Source: Rhodospirillaceae bacterium (lineage in GTDB: Bacteria > Pseudomonadota > Alphaproteobacteria > Rhodospirillales > 2-02-FULL-58-16). Taken from it: a DNA stretch of 37,184 bases. Under the pieces are notes generated by a model, which was given only the letters and a program-made list of their open reading frames with translations, had not been told where the DNA came from and made no database searches. The translations under genes were made by a program, and so were the position numbers. The stretch spans positions 1 to 37,184 of the forward strand of contig DUZD01000002.1 in NCBI GenBank assembly GCA_013349695.1. Direction: 5' to 3'. Each line of letters begins with the position of its first letter. The first letter of the stretch is position 1. This document shows positions 1 to 7,627 of this stretch, in pieces.

Positions 1-471
1 CGAGACACCCCCGGTCAAGCCTGTTTTCGACGGCGAAAAGCAGGCCAAACTGACCGCCTTGGCCTGCTCCAAGCCACCGAAAGGACGCTGCAAATGGACG
101 TTGCGGCTTCTGGCGGAAAAGGTGGTGGAGCTTGAAATCGTCGTGTCCGTGCATTTCAACACTGTCGGGCGGGTGTTAAAAAAAACGCGCTCAAGGCGCA
201 TCTGAAACGGCAATGGATCATCCCGCCCAAGGCCAATTCCGCCTTCGTGGCGGCGATGGAAGATGTGCTGGAGGTCTACACGCGCCCGCTGGTTTGTCTC
301 GACGAGGCCAGCAGGCAACTTATCGCCGAAACGCGCATGCCGCCGCCAAAGTGGCACGATATCATCGGCGAACCCAGCTTCGCCGACGCCATCCTCGAAC
401 GCATCGTCCACAACGCCCACGGGATCGATCCGGATGAACCGAAAAAAAACAGACGGCCGCCGTTATTGTGA
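1..471 (+). pseudogene. Degenerate IS630-family transposase remnant (frameshifted, truncated, chimeric tail)
   Basis: Frame 2 from nt 2 reads ...KGRCKWTLRLLAEKVVELEIVVSVHFNTVGRVLKK. After a -1 shift inside the A8 run (178-185) it continues NALKAHLKRQWIIPPKANSAFVAAMEDVLEVYTRPLVCLDEASRQL. This matches my recollection of the N-terminal HTH part of IS630-type transposases. No DDE catalytic region follows. From about nt 345 the frame reads KWHDIIGEPSFADAILERIVHNAHGI, a motif I associate with C-termini of IS helper/ATP-binding proteins. The window starts inside the element. Confidence 0.6.
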
Positions 472-510
472 GACAATGGACTTGTCAAAACCGTACTCGC
501 GAGATGGGCC

Positions 511-945
511 ATGATCGTCGTCTTCGACCTCGACAACACGCTCACGGACGAGGCCGGGCGCAAGCTGCGGCCGGGGATCACGGCGCTGCTGGAAAAGCTC
601 AACGCGAAGGGATACGAACTGGCGCTGTGGACCCAGTCGCCGAGGGCGCGGGCACGGGCGGTGCTGAAGGATCATGGGCTGGAACGCCATTTCGGCTGTT
701 TCGTGTTTCGCGAGGACTACGACCCCGAGAACCGCGATCCGCCGAAGGACATCCGCGGGATAAGCGGCGGTTTCCTGGTCGACGACAACCCGGCGCATGT
801 GAATTTCGTCCACCGGCTGGGCCTCGGCGGTTTCCTGGTCGCTCCCTACCGCGGAAGCCCTTACACCAATACCTCAGAGCTCGTCCGCCTCTACCGCCGC
901 GTCCGGGCGGCCCGCTGGAGACAACGCCTGCTCGGCGGGACATGA
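511..945 (+). CDS. HAD-superfamily phosphatase-like protein (small, FCP1/NIF-like)
   Basis: 144 aa ORF starting MIVVFDLDNTLTDE (DxDxT nucleophile motif) with a later GGFLVDDNP (acidic motif IV-like). Confidence 0.65.
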   Translation: MIVVFDLDNTLTDEAGRKLRPGITALLEKLNAKGYELALWTQSPRARARAVLKDHGLERHFGCFVFREDYDPENRDPPKDIRGISGGFLVDDNPAHVNFVHRLGLGGFLVAPYRGSPYTNTSELVRLYRRVRAARWRQRLLGGT

Positions 946-947
946 AC

Positions 948-1154
948 TCAGCCGCCGCCGGATCCTTTCTTCCGGCCCACCGATTCCGCTATCCCGATCA
1001 AGATCGCCAGGATCAGGAACAACACGGCGCCAAGCCCCCACACGCGGGCGTTGGTGGGCATGTAGATCATCGGGATCGTGTAGTACATGAGCGACAAAGC
1101 CCCCCAGATCGCAAAAATAACGCCGAAAAGCCAACCGTCCTCGCTTTTCATCAT
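948..1154 (-). CDS. Small two-TM membrane protein, putative accessory subunit of the oxidase-like complex
   Basis: The ORF track gives 948..1172 (TTG start). ATG at 1154 is preceded by AAGGAGACGA on the minus strand and gives MMKSEDGWLFGVIFAIWGALSLMYY...VWGLGAVLFLILAILIGIAESV, two hydrophobic helices. It starts 25 nt after the subunit I stop on the same strand. Confidence 0.5.
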   Translation of the reverse strand: MMKSEDGWLFGVIFAIWGALSLMYYTIPMIYMPTNARVWGLGAVLFLILAILIGIAESVGRKKGSGGG

Positions 1155-1178
1155 TCGTCTCCTTACGAACAACGAGTC

Positions 1179-2849
1179 TTAATGTCCGCCGGCGATCACC
1201 TCGATGGCCAGCCCGTCCATGAGATTGAAACCCAGCACCGTGAAAGCGTACATGCCGGCGACAAGGACCATCACGGAAAGCGGGCCGAACCAAGCCGTCC
1301 GGCGTCCGAGGGCGACGCCGCCCCAGGACACGGCGGGAAGACCGGGCAGTTCCTCGCCGGGCGAACGCCTGGGCCCGAAGAACGTCGCTGTCAGAGCGTA
1401 AACATAGACCGCCAGGGCCACCGTCATGAATATCGCGCCGATTCCGACGCAGGTCATGACCGTGCTCCAGACGGCCGGAGCGTCGCCGCCGTAGGAGATG
1501 TCGAACACACGGCGCGGAACCCCCGTGTAGCCGGCCGCGATACCCGACGCTCCGAAAATGAGCAGACCGAAAGTGAGCAAGTAGGGAATCTTGTTCAGCA
1601 GGGAAGGATTCCACAAGTCCCGTCCGCTCAAGGCCGGGATGATGTAGAGCAACGCCGCGATGAAGGTGAGCGTCACCGTTCCCACCGTCAGGAAATGGAA
1701 ATAGCCGGGGACGAAGAAGGTGTCGCTGAGCAACGGCGCCAGCCCTTCCATGATCAGCACGAAGGATAACCCACCGCCGATGGCCAGGTTGACGACCGCC
1801 ATGCCAACGGCGCTCATGGCCGGGTTGCCCCAGGGCAGCATGCGGATCCAGCCGAAAATCCCTTTGCCGCCATGGGCGCGGCCATGCACCTCGAGGGTGG
1901 CGACGATGACCATGAACACGAGCAAGGTGGGAACGCTGATGAACAGGGACAAAAGAGAGCCAAGCACCCGCACCACCTCGCTCAGGTCGGGTTCCAGGAA
2001 CATGTGGTAAAGGGAAGTCGGCGGCACGAAGACCAAATAACTGGCGAAGATGATTTTCGAAAACCGCCGCCCGAAGATCGATTTGACTCCCACCATGACC
2101 TCGACCAGCGCGTACCACACCAAGGCGGTAGCCATGAGCGGCAGGTAGTGGACGTTGTGGAACAGCAGATTCCAGCCCATTACATAACCCATGCTTATGG
2201 TCTGACTGGTACCGAAGGCCCAGTCCGCCGCTGGCAGAAAGATGTTGATCGCCGCCATGGAGCTGACGATCAGCAGGCCAGCCCAGGCAACGGCGGCGAA
2301 GGATACCGCCGACCAGGTTTCTATCTTGCCTTCGAGTTTGGGTTTGAGCGCCGTGTAAATGGCCGGCACCGCGACCAGAAACTGCCCGACGCCGAGCAGC
2401 AAATAGCCGACGTAAAAGTAAGCGGCCTGGGCCCTGTTATCCTCGGTGACCACCTCGGGCGGCGCGTTGTAAAGAATCGCCACGCCGTTTAAAACGCTGA
2501 ATTCGTTGAGGATAAAGCCAATTGTCATGGCGATGAAGCCGAGCCACGCCAGCGGCCGCCAAGCGATGGCGCCGGCGCTCTCGGTGTAGACCACGGCTAA
2601 GATCAGCACCAACGCGGCCTGCACGAAATATAGCCAGTAGAAGAAGATGGTGACCCCGTGCAGGGTCAATATCTGGTAGGCCATCTCGGCTTCCAATTCG
2701 ATGAAGCCGGCGCGCATGAAGGCGTTGGTTACCCCATAGAGGACGCCGAGGGCCAGGGTCAGCACCGCCATGACGATAAAGGCCTTGAGCAGGTTCTTGT
2801 CCGTGTTGGGCAGTTTTTTCAGCCCGTCCACAAGCAAGTTTTGGGTCAT
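1179..2849 (-). CDS. Heme-copper oxidase superfamily subunit I homologue, B-family (ba3-like), with atypical ligand set
   Basis: 556 aa polytopic membrane protein. Motifs AYQILTLHGV, FHNVHY, SLYHMF, GIFGWIRMLPWGNPAM, VPGYFHF and GVPRR align block by block with Thermus ba3 CbaA as I recall it. ATG at 2849 has GGAAGGA upstream. Confidence 0.85.
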   Translation of the reverse strand: MTQNLLVDGLKKLPNTDKNLLKAFIVMAVLTLALGVLYGVTNAFMRAGFIELEAEMAYQILTLHGVTIFFYWLYFVQAALVLILAVVYTESAGAIAWRPLAWLGFIAMTIGFILNEFSVLNGVAILYNAPPEVVTEDNRAQAAYFYVGYLLLGVGQFLVAVPAIYTALKPKLEGKIETWSAVSFAAVAWAGLLIVSSMAAINIFLPAADWAFGTSQTISMGYVMGWNLLFHNVHYLPLMATALVWYALVEVMVGVKSIFGRRFSKIIFASYLVFVPPTSLYHMFLEPDLSEVVRVLGSLLSLFISVPTLLVFMVIVATLEVHGRAHGGKGIFGWIRMLPWGNPAMSAVGMAVVNLAIGGGLSFVLIMEGLAPLLSDTFFVPGYFHFLTVGTVTLTFIAALLYIIPALSGRDLWNPSLLNKIPYLLTFGLLIFGASGIAAGYTGVPRRVFDISYGGDAPAVWSTVMTCVGIGAIFMTVALAVYVYALTATFFGPRRSPGEELPGLPAVSWGGVALGRRTAWFGPLSVMVLVAGMYAFTVLGFNLMDGLAIEVIAGGH

Positions 2850-2873
2850 CGTCGGTTTTCCTTCCGCCGCCGC

Positions 2874-3620
2874 CTACTCGACAATGATTTTGCCAAACAT
2901 CGTGTCGTGGCCTATGCCGCAGTAAACGGTGCAGTAAAAGAAGTATTCACCCGGCTGGGTAAAAGTGATCACGTTTTCGCTCAGTGCATTTGCCCGCAAC
3001 CGGATCATACGGCTTGCGCTACCGAGGTTGATCGATGCGCCGTGGCTGGTGTCGGTTCCCATCATCAGGAATTTGTATTGAACGCCGGTCTCCAATGTGA
3101 GCTCCGCCGGCTCGTAAGACCATCGAGAGGCGGCGATGTAGACCTCGATGGGCTCCTCGTCATGGGCCTCCTCGCCGGCGCCAGGTTTCTCCATGACCAT
3201 CTCGGGCATGCCTCCCGGGTGTGCATGTTCCGCTTCTTCCGCTTCGCCCATCATGGCCTTCAGTTTCGCCATGCCTTGCCGCGTCGGACGGACGCTGCCG
3301 TCCGGCAAGGTATTTATTGTGACGAAGGCCGCGGTCCGACGCTGGAACTCGGCGGCGGACATTCCGCCGCCCATACCCATCATGCCCCCCATTGCCGGCA
3401 TGTCCATTTTCATCGCCGGCATGGCGTCCCCCATGCCGGGCTCGCCGTGCTCCTGGACCGTGTCGCCGGCGGCCGGCTCCCCGTCGGAGCCAAAGCCCAA
3501 AGGGGCATGGCCGTAAGCGGCCCAAAGCAGGTAAAGGGAAAGCACACTCAACCCGACAACGAACACAAAGCCCTTATGCGTGCTGATACTCTGTCCGTTC
3601 GTGTTCGATTCCGTTTCCAT
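2874..3620 (-). CDS. Cytochrome oxidase subunit II-like CuA cupredoxin protein with Met/His-rich linker
   Basis: 248 aa with one N-terminal TM (FVFVVGLSVLSLYLLWAAY) and a C-terminal cupredoxin. CuA signature is present: DTSHG ... YCTVYCGIGHDTM (H, CxxxCxxxHxxM). GAAGGAGGGG lies upstream of the ATG at 3620. It sits 24 nt upstream of subunit I. Confidence 0.85.
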   Translation of the reverse strand: METESNTNGQSISTHKGFVFVVGLSVLSLYLLWAAYGHAPLGFGSDGEPAAGDTVQEHGEPGMGDAMPAMKMDMPAMGGMMGMGGGMSAAEFQRRTAAFVTINTLPDGSVRPTRQGMAKLKAMMGEAEEAEHAHPGGMPEMVMEKPGAGEEAHDEEPIEVYIAASRWSYEPAELTLETGVQYKFLMMGTDTSHGASINLGSASRMIRLRANALSENVITFTQPGEYFFYCTVYCGIGHDTMFGKIIVE

Positions 3621-3706
3621 GCGCCCCTCCTTCGCGAAACGCTATTGAACCGAATTCGCGGATTACATGCGTTATAAACAATATAATAAAACCAATTTGA
3701 AAACAA

Positions 3707-3753
3707 GTAATATTGGCAAAACACCGGCCTGCCCGGTGTTTTGCCAATATTAC
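3707..3753 (-). terminator. Intrinsic terminator-like hairpin downstream of the rhodanese gene
   Basis: Perfect 21-bp stem (3707-3727 / 3733-3753) with a 5-nt loop (cctgc). On the minus strand it is followed by TTGTTTTCAAATTGG. It lies between the rhodanese stop (3797) and the AT-rich oxidase-operon upstream region. Confidence 0.6.
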
Positions 3754-3796
3754 AAGAAAGAGCCGGATATACCTTACGTCCGTTTTCCCGGTGCGC

Positions 3797-4708
3797 TCAG
3801 GGCAGCTTCACCCGCCGCTCAACGGGATTGGCCGGATCGGTGGTCCATTCGGCCAGCGAGCCGTCGTACATTCTTGTCCGCTTGTTGCCGAGGATTTCGT
3901 AAGACACGAACCAGCCCAGGGACGCCCAGTGGCCGGTGTTGCAGAAGTTGATGACCGGTCCCTCGGTCGGGGCGCCGGCTGTCTCGTAGAGCTTGCCGAT
4001 TGCCGAGGCATCGCGGAAAGCGCCGCCGCCGTTCCTGGTCAGCCAGACGCCCGGCACGTTCTTGGCGCCGGGGATGGTGCCCGGGCGTTTGACGGAACCG
4101 CTTTTGTTGATGCCGAGGAACTGGTCGCTGGAGCGGTTGTCGATCAGGGCCGCGCCGCCGTTTAGCGCCCGTTTCACGTCCTCGGCGGTGGCCAGCAACT
4201 TTGCATTCATGCGCGCCGTGAAGGTTTTCGGCCGGGGTTTGCTTTTGCCCTTGGCCAGGGGATTGGCGCGGTTGGCGAAATAGCCGGTCATGCCGCCGTC
4301 GAGGATGGAAACCTCGTCATGGCCGAGGACCTTGAATGTCCAATAGAGGCGGGCCGCCTTGGCCATCTCGCCGGCGCCGTGGCCGCCGGCAACGACGACC
4401 ACGTGGGTTTTGTTGTCGACGCCCAGACCGCCGATCAAGGCTTGCAGATAATCGATGCCGGGAAGCAGGCCCCTGACGCCTCCCTTGTTGACCCGCCAAC
4501 CCTTTTTGCCGCCATAGTCCGTATGGACGGCGCCGGGAATGTGGGCGTTCCCGAACTCCCGCTTGCCGCGAACGTCGAGAAACACAACGCCGGGCCGTTG
4601 CAGGTTGGTCCCGACCCAGTCCGCGTCGAGGAGCGGTTCCGCCGCCAGGGTTTGACCGGCTAGAACGAGGACCGGGAAAAAGGCAATAAACAAAAGGCTT
4701 TTTTTCAT
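3797..4708 (-). CDS. Secreted tandem-rhodanese sulfurtransferase (thiosulfate/3-mercaptopyruvate sulfurtransferase-like)
   Basis: Start chosen at ATG 4708 (MKKSLLFIAFFPVLVLAGQTLAAEP, signal-peptide-like); the track ORF extends to 4744. There are two rhodanese-like halves, with an active-site loop FCNTGHWAS near the C-terminus. Confidence 0.75.
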   Translation of the reverse strand: MKKSLLFIAFFPVLVLAGQTLAAEPLLDADWVGTNLQRPGVVFLDVRGKREFGNAHIPGAVHTDYGGKKGWRVNKGGVRGLLPGIDYLQALIGGLGVDNKTHVVVVAGGHGAGEMAKAARLYWTFKVLGHDEVSILDGGMTGYFANRANPLAKGKSKPRPKTFTARMNAKLLATAEDVKRALNGGAALIDNRSSDQFLGINKSGSVKRPGTIPGAKNVPGVWLTRNGGGAFRDASAIGKLYETAGAPTEGPVINFCNTGHWASLGWFVSYEILGNKRTRMYDGSLAEWTTDPANPVERRVKLP

Positions 4709-4912
4709 CGGAGATGTTCCCTGGAGCACCACGCTTTTACCCATTCGCGGAAACTCAACTTGTTTTGCCGCCGTGGGCGGCCGACCAAGCGGTGGAACCC
4801 GGCTTTGCCGAAGGCGACGGGGTTGGCATTCGGATTATCCCGGCGGTAGGATCGTCCGGCCTCTAACCGGCATTGATCTTCTGTTTAGAGAGAAGCGACG
4901 GAGAGGGAAAGG

Positions 4913-6145
4913 GTGAATCGGAAGCAGCGGCGCCGGATGGCGAAACGGCAACGCCCGGGAGCGCCGGCGGCGACGGATCGGCTGTTGGACGAGGCGTTGG
5001 AGCAGCACCGGGCCGGGCGGCTGGACAAGGCCAAGGTCCTCTACGAGGACGTCCTCTCGGCGAAGCCGGACGATGCCGGCGCCTTGCACTTCCTTGGCGT
5101 TCTTGCCCACCAGCAGGGAGACCACGAGGAGGCATACCGGCTCATCAGCCGGGCGATCGCCGCCGACGGCCGCCAACCCGCCTTTCATGACCACCAGGGC
5201 GTGGCCCTGCGCTGGATGGGACGGACAGGCGAAGCCGAAGCCGCCCACCGCCGGGCCATCGAACTCGACCCCGGTTTCGCCGCCGCCTATGTCAATCTGG
5301 GTAACACCCTGGGCGTTCGGGGCAGGCTGGAAGAAGCGGAAACGGCCTTCCGGCGCGGCCTCGAACTCAATCCCGCCGACGCCGGCGCCCATAACAACCT
5401 CGGCAACACCTTACGGGTGCGGGGCAAGCTGACCGAGGCGGCCGACGCCTACCGCGGGGCCTTGGAGCTCAATCCGGATTTCGCCAAGGCCCATTCCAAC
5501 CTTGGCGCCATTTTGCGCGAGTTCGGCGACTTCCAGCAAGCCGAGACCGCCTGCCGGCGGGCCATCGAGCTCGATCCGGGCTACGCCGACGCCTATAACA
5601 ACCTGGGCAACGTCTTGATGGCGATGGAAAGGGTGGAAGAAGGAGTCGAACGTTACCGCCAAGCCGTCGCCTTCGATCCCAACTCCCCCTTGCTTTTGTC
5701 CAATCTGGGTGGCGGTTTGACCACCCTCGGACGGCTGGATGAAGCGCAAACCATGTTCCGCCGCGCCATCGAAATGAACCCGGATTGCGCCGAGGCGCAC
5801 AACGGGTTGGGGGTGGTCATGCTCTCTCAGGGCAAGACCGAGGAAGCCTTGGCCAACTATCGAAAGGCCCTCGCCATCAAGCCGGATTATGTGGACGTCT
5901 TCTACAACATGACGAACTCGGGGCGGGTCGAATTCGCCGCCGGCGAATTACGCCGGATCGGGGAAATGCTCGCCGACAACGGTCTCTCCGATGAAGCCAA
6001 GGCCAAACTTCGCTTCGCGCTCGCCGAGCACCATGCCCGCCGGGGCGAAATCGATACCGCTTTCGACCTATACCGGCAGGGCAACGAAGCGCGGCGGCAA
6101 GCCCTGGCGGCGGCGGGCCGCCGTTACGATGGCGCCTCGCAGTAG
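4913..6145 (+). CDS. TPR-repeat protein (N-terminal part of a TPR-sulfotransferase architecture)
   Basis: 410 aa with at least 8 recognisable 34-aa TPR units (…A..Y..AIELDP..A.AY.NLGN…). GTG start at 4913 has GGAGAGGGAAAGG upstream. It ends at TAG 6143-6145. Confidence 0.8.
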   Translation: MNRKQRRRMAKRQRPGAPAATDRLLDEALEQHRAGRLDKAKVLYEDVLSAKPDDAGALHFLGVLAHQQGDHEEAYRLISRAIAADGRQPAFHDHQGVALRWMGRTGEAEAAHRRAIELDPGFAAAYVNLGNTLGVRGRLEEAETAFRRGLELNPADAGAHNNLGNTLRVRGKLTEAADAYRGALELNPDFAKAHSNLGAILREFGDFQQAETACRRAIELDPGYADAYNNLGNVLMAMERVEEGVERYRQAVAFDPNSPLLLSNLGGGLTTLGRLDEAQTMFRRAIEMNPDCAEAHNGLGVVMLSQGKTEEALANYRKALAIKPDYVDVFYNMTNSGRVEFAAGELRRIGEMLADNGLSDEAKAKLRFALAEHHARRGEIDTAFDLYRQGNEARRQALAAAGRRYDGASQ

Positions 6146-6148
6146 GCG

Positions 6149-6943
6149 ATGGTGGACAAAAGGAAGGCAATGTTCAGGCGTGACTTTTTCGCCGATCGCG
6201 GGGATTTCGGTTTGCCGTCGGAAGTCCCTGTGTTCATTGTCGGCATGCCGCGCTCCGGGACGACGCTCATCGAACAGATCGCGGCCAGCCATCCGCTGGT
6301 CCATGGGGCGGGGGAACTGAAGGACATAGCGATCGCCGCCGCCAACTTGCCCAAGGTTTTGGATACGGAAACTCCCTATCCGGATTGCTTGGCCGTCATG
6401 GATGGCGAGACATCGCGGCGCTTGGCGGAAGATCGCCTGCGCCGTCTCGGCGCCTTGGCTCCCGGCGCCGCCCGCGTCATCGACAAGATGCCGTTCAATT
6501 ACCTTCACCTCGCCCTGATCGCCCTCCTGCACCCCGCCGCCAGGATCATCCACTGCCGCCGCGACGCCCGGGACCTGGGCCTTTCATGCTACTTGCAGAA
6601 TTTCACCGATTCCCATCCCTGGACGACACGGCTGGAAGACATCGGCCACTATTTCAAAGCCTATGAGAGCCTGATGGACCACTGGCGGCGGGTCCTGCCG
6701 TTAAAGGTAATGGACATCGGCTACGAGGCCCTGATCAACGACCAGGAAGGGGAAAGCCGCCGCCTGATTGATTTTCTCGGGCTGCCGTGGGACGACGCCT
6801 GCCTCGAATTCCATAACACCCGGCGGGCCGTGCGCACGGCCTCGAACTGGCAGGTTCGCCAGCCCATCTACTCGAAATCGGTGGGCCGATGGCGGCTTTA
6901 CGAGAAATTCCTCGATCCCCTGAAACGGGCTTTGGAAAGCTGA
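6149..6943 (+). CDS. Sulfotransferase-family protein (PAPS-dependent type)
   Basis: 264 aa with PVFIVGMPRSGTTLIEQ (5'-PSB loop) and later RDARD / YE motifs. It is in the same reading frame as the TPR ORF, two codons after it. Confidence 0.8.
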   Translation: MVDKRKAMFRRDFFADRGDFGLPSEVPVFIVGMPRSGTTLIEQIAASHPLVHGAGELKDIAIAAANLPKVLDTETPYPDCLAVMDGETSRRLAEDRLRRLGALAPGAARVIDKMPFNYLHLALIALLHPAARIIHCRRDARDLGLSCYLQNFTDSHPWTTRLEDIGHYFKAYESLMDHWRRVLPLKVMDIGYEALINDQEGESRRLIDFLGLPWDDACLEFHNTRRAVRTASNWQVRQPIYSKSVGRWRLYEKFLDPLKRALES

Positions 6944-6954
6944 ATTTGGCCGGA

Positions 6955-6984
6955 CCTCCAAGGCGGCGCGCGCCGCCTTGGAGG
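6955..6984. terminator. Perfect 30-nt GC-rich palindrome after the sulfotransferase gene
   Basis: CCTCCAAGGCGGCGC|GCGCCGCCTTGGAGG begins 12 nt after the stop codon. No T-run follows, so terminator function is uncertain. Confidence 0.35.
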
Positions 6985-7183
6985 TGTGGATCTGGCCGTT
7001 GCCGATCACCATCGCCACGGGTGTAAAGGCTTGTCCGGGTCGGGGTATGGCGGCGCGAGCGCTGTCGCCCGCGCCGCCGGTTGAAGTCGATATGCGCGAC
7101 TTTGCCGATCCGGGTCTCGGTTCCACTTCCTGCCTCCCCGGAGCCGCCTCCGGGCCGTCCTCCGTTCGAACTCTCGATCCGCC

Positions 7184-7582
7184 CTAGTCGATTTGTTTGG
7201 TCATGAGGACCCCGTAGGCCATCAGCGCCATCATCGCCACCAGCAAGAGCGACCCCACCGGCGCTATCTGCAACACCCCCGGCAACCCTAAACTGGCGAG
7301 AATCAGCATGCCGGAATGGAGCAGGGCGCCGATGATGAGAAGGGCGCTCGCCACCTTGGCGACCCAGGCTTCAATGGCTAGGCGGCACAGCAGGTAGCCG
7401 AAGAAGATGTTGAGCAAGGATTCCAAGTTGGCGTGGGCGTGGGCGCCGCGGAACGCTTTACGCGCCTCGCTGGTGAGGACATGGGCGTCGGCCCCGTCCA
7501 GAAGGAAGGCCATGTACATGCCTAAAAGCAGGCTCGCCAGAAAATAGACGAAACCGAAAACCATGTTCTTCTTGCCAACCAT
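7184..7582 (-). CDS. Hypothetical 4-TM membrane protein
   Basis: 132 aa, hydrophobic throughout. AGGAG lies 8 nt upstream of the ATG (minus strand GAGAGGAGCAACGATATG). I recognise no family. Confidence 0.55.
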   Translation of the reverse strand: MVGKKNMVFGFVYFLASLLLGMYMAFLLDGADAHVLTSEARKAFRGAHAHANLESLLNIFFGYLLCRLAIEAWVAKVASALLIIGALLHSGMLILASLGLPGVLQIAPVGSLLLVAMMALMAYGVLMTKQID

Positions 7583-7617
7583 ATCGTTGCTCCTCTCTGA
7601 TTATAAGTCTGTGGTGC

Positions 7618-7627
7618 GGGGGGGGGG
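7618..7627. repeat. G10 (C10 on the coding strand) homopolymer upstream of the membrane-protein gene
   Basis: Direct reading gives gtggtgc GGGGGGGGGG agg, 36 nt upstream of the ATG at 7582. Confidence 0.9.

Noticed and set aside
468-2118. Long alternative-frame and antisense ORFs overlapping the HAD gene and the oxidase subunit I gene (468..1769 +, 874..2118 -, 1872..2492 +)
   Set aside because: Their translations are Arg/Gly/Pro/His-rich low-complexity strings, typical of off-frame reading in high-GC DNA. They overlap ORFs with clear family motifs and have no RBS or domain signature.
1179-2849. Assigning the subunit I homologue to nitric oxide reductase (cNOR/qNOR) or to an ordinary ba3 oxidase
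   Set aside because: The partner subunit carries a complete CuA site, and block-level similarity is to B-family oxidases. The two His->Tyr changes mean it cannot simply be called a ba3 oxidase either. It is left as HCO-superfamily, function unknown.
6143-6145. TAG as a pyrrolysine or other recoded codon
   Set aside because: No pyl genes or recoding context are visible, and an alphaproteobacterial host makes it implausible. A nonsense mutation or a natural split is more parsimonious.
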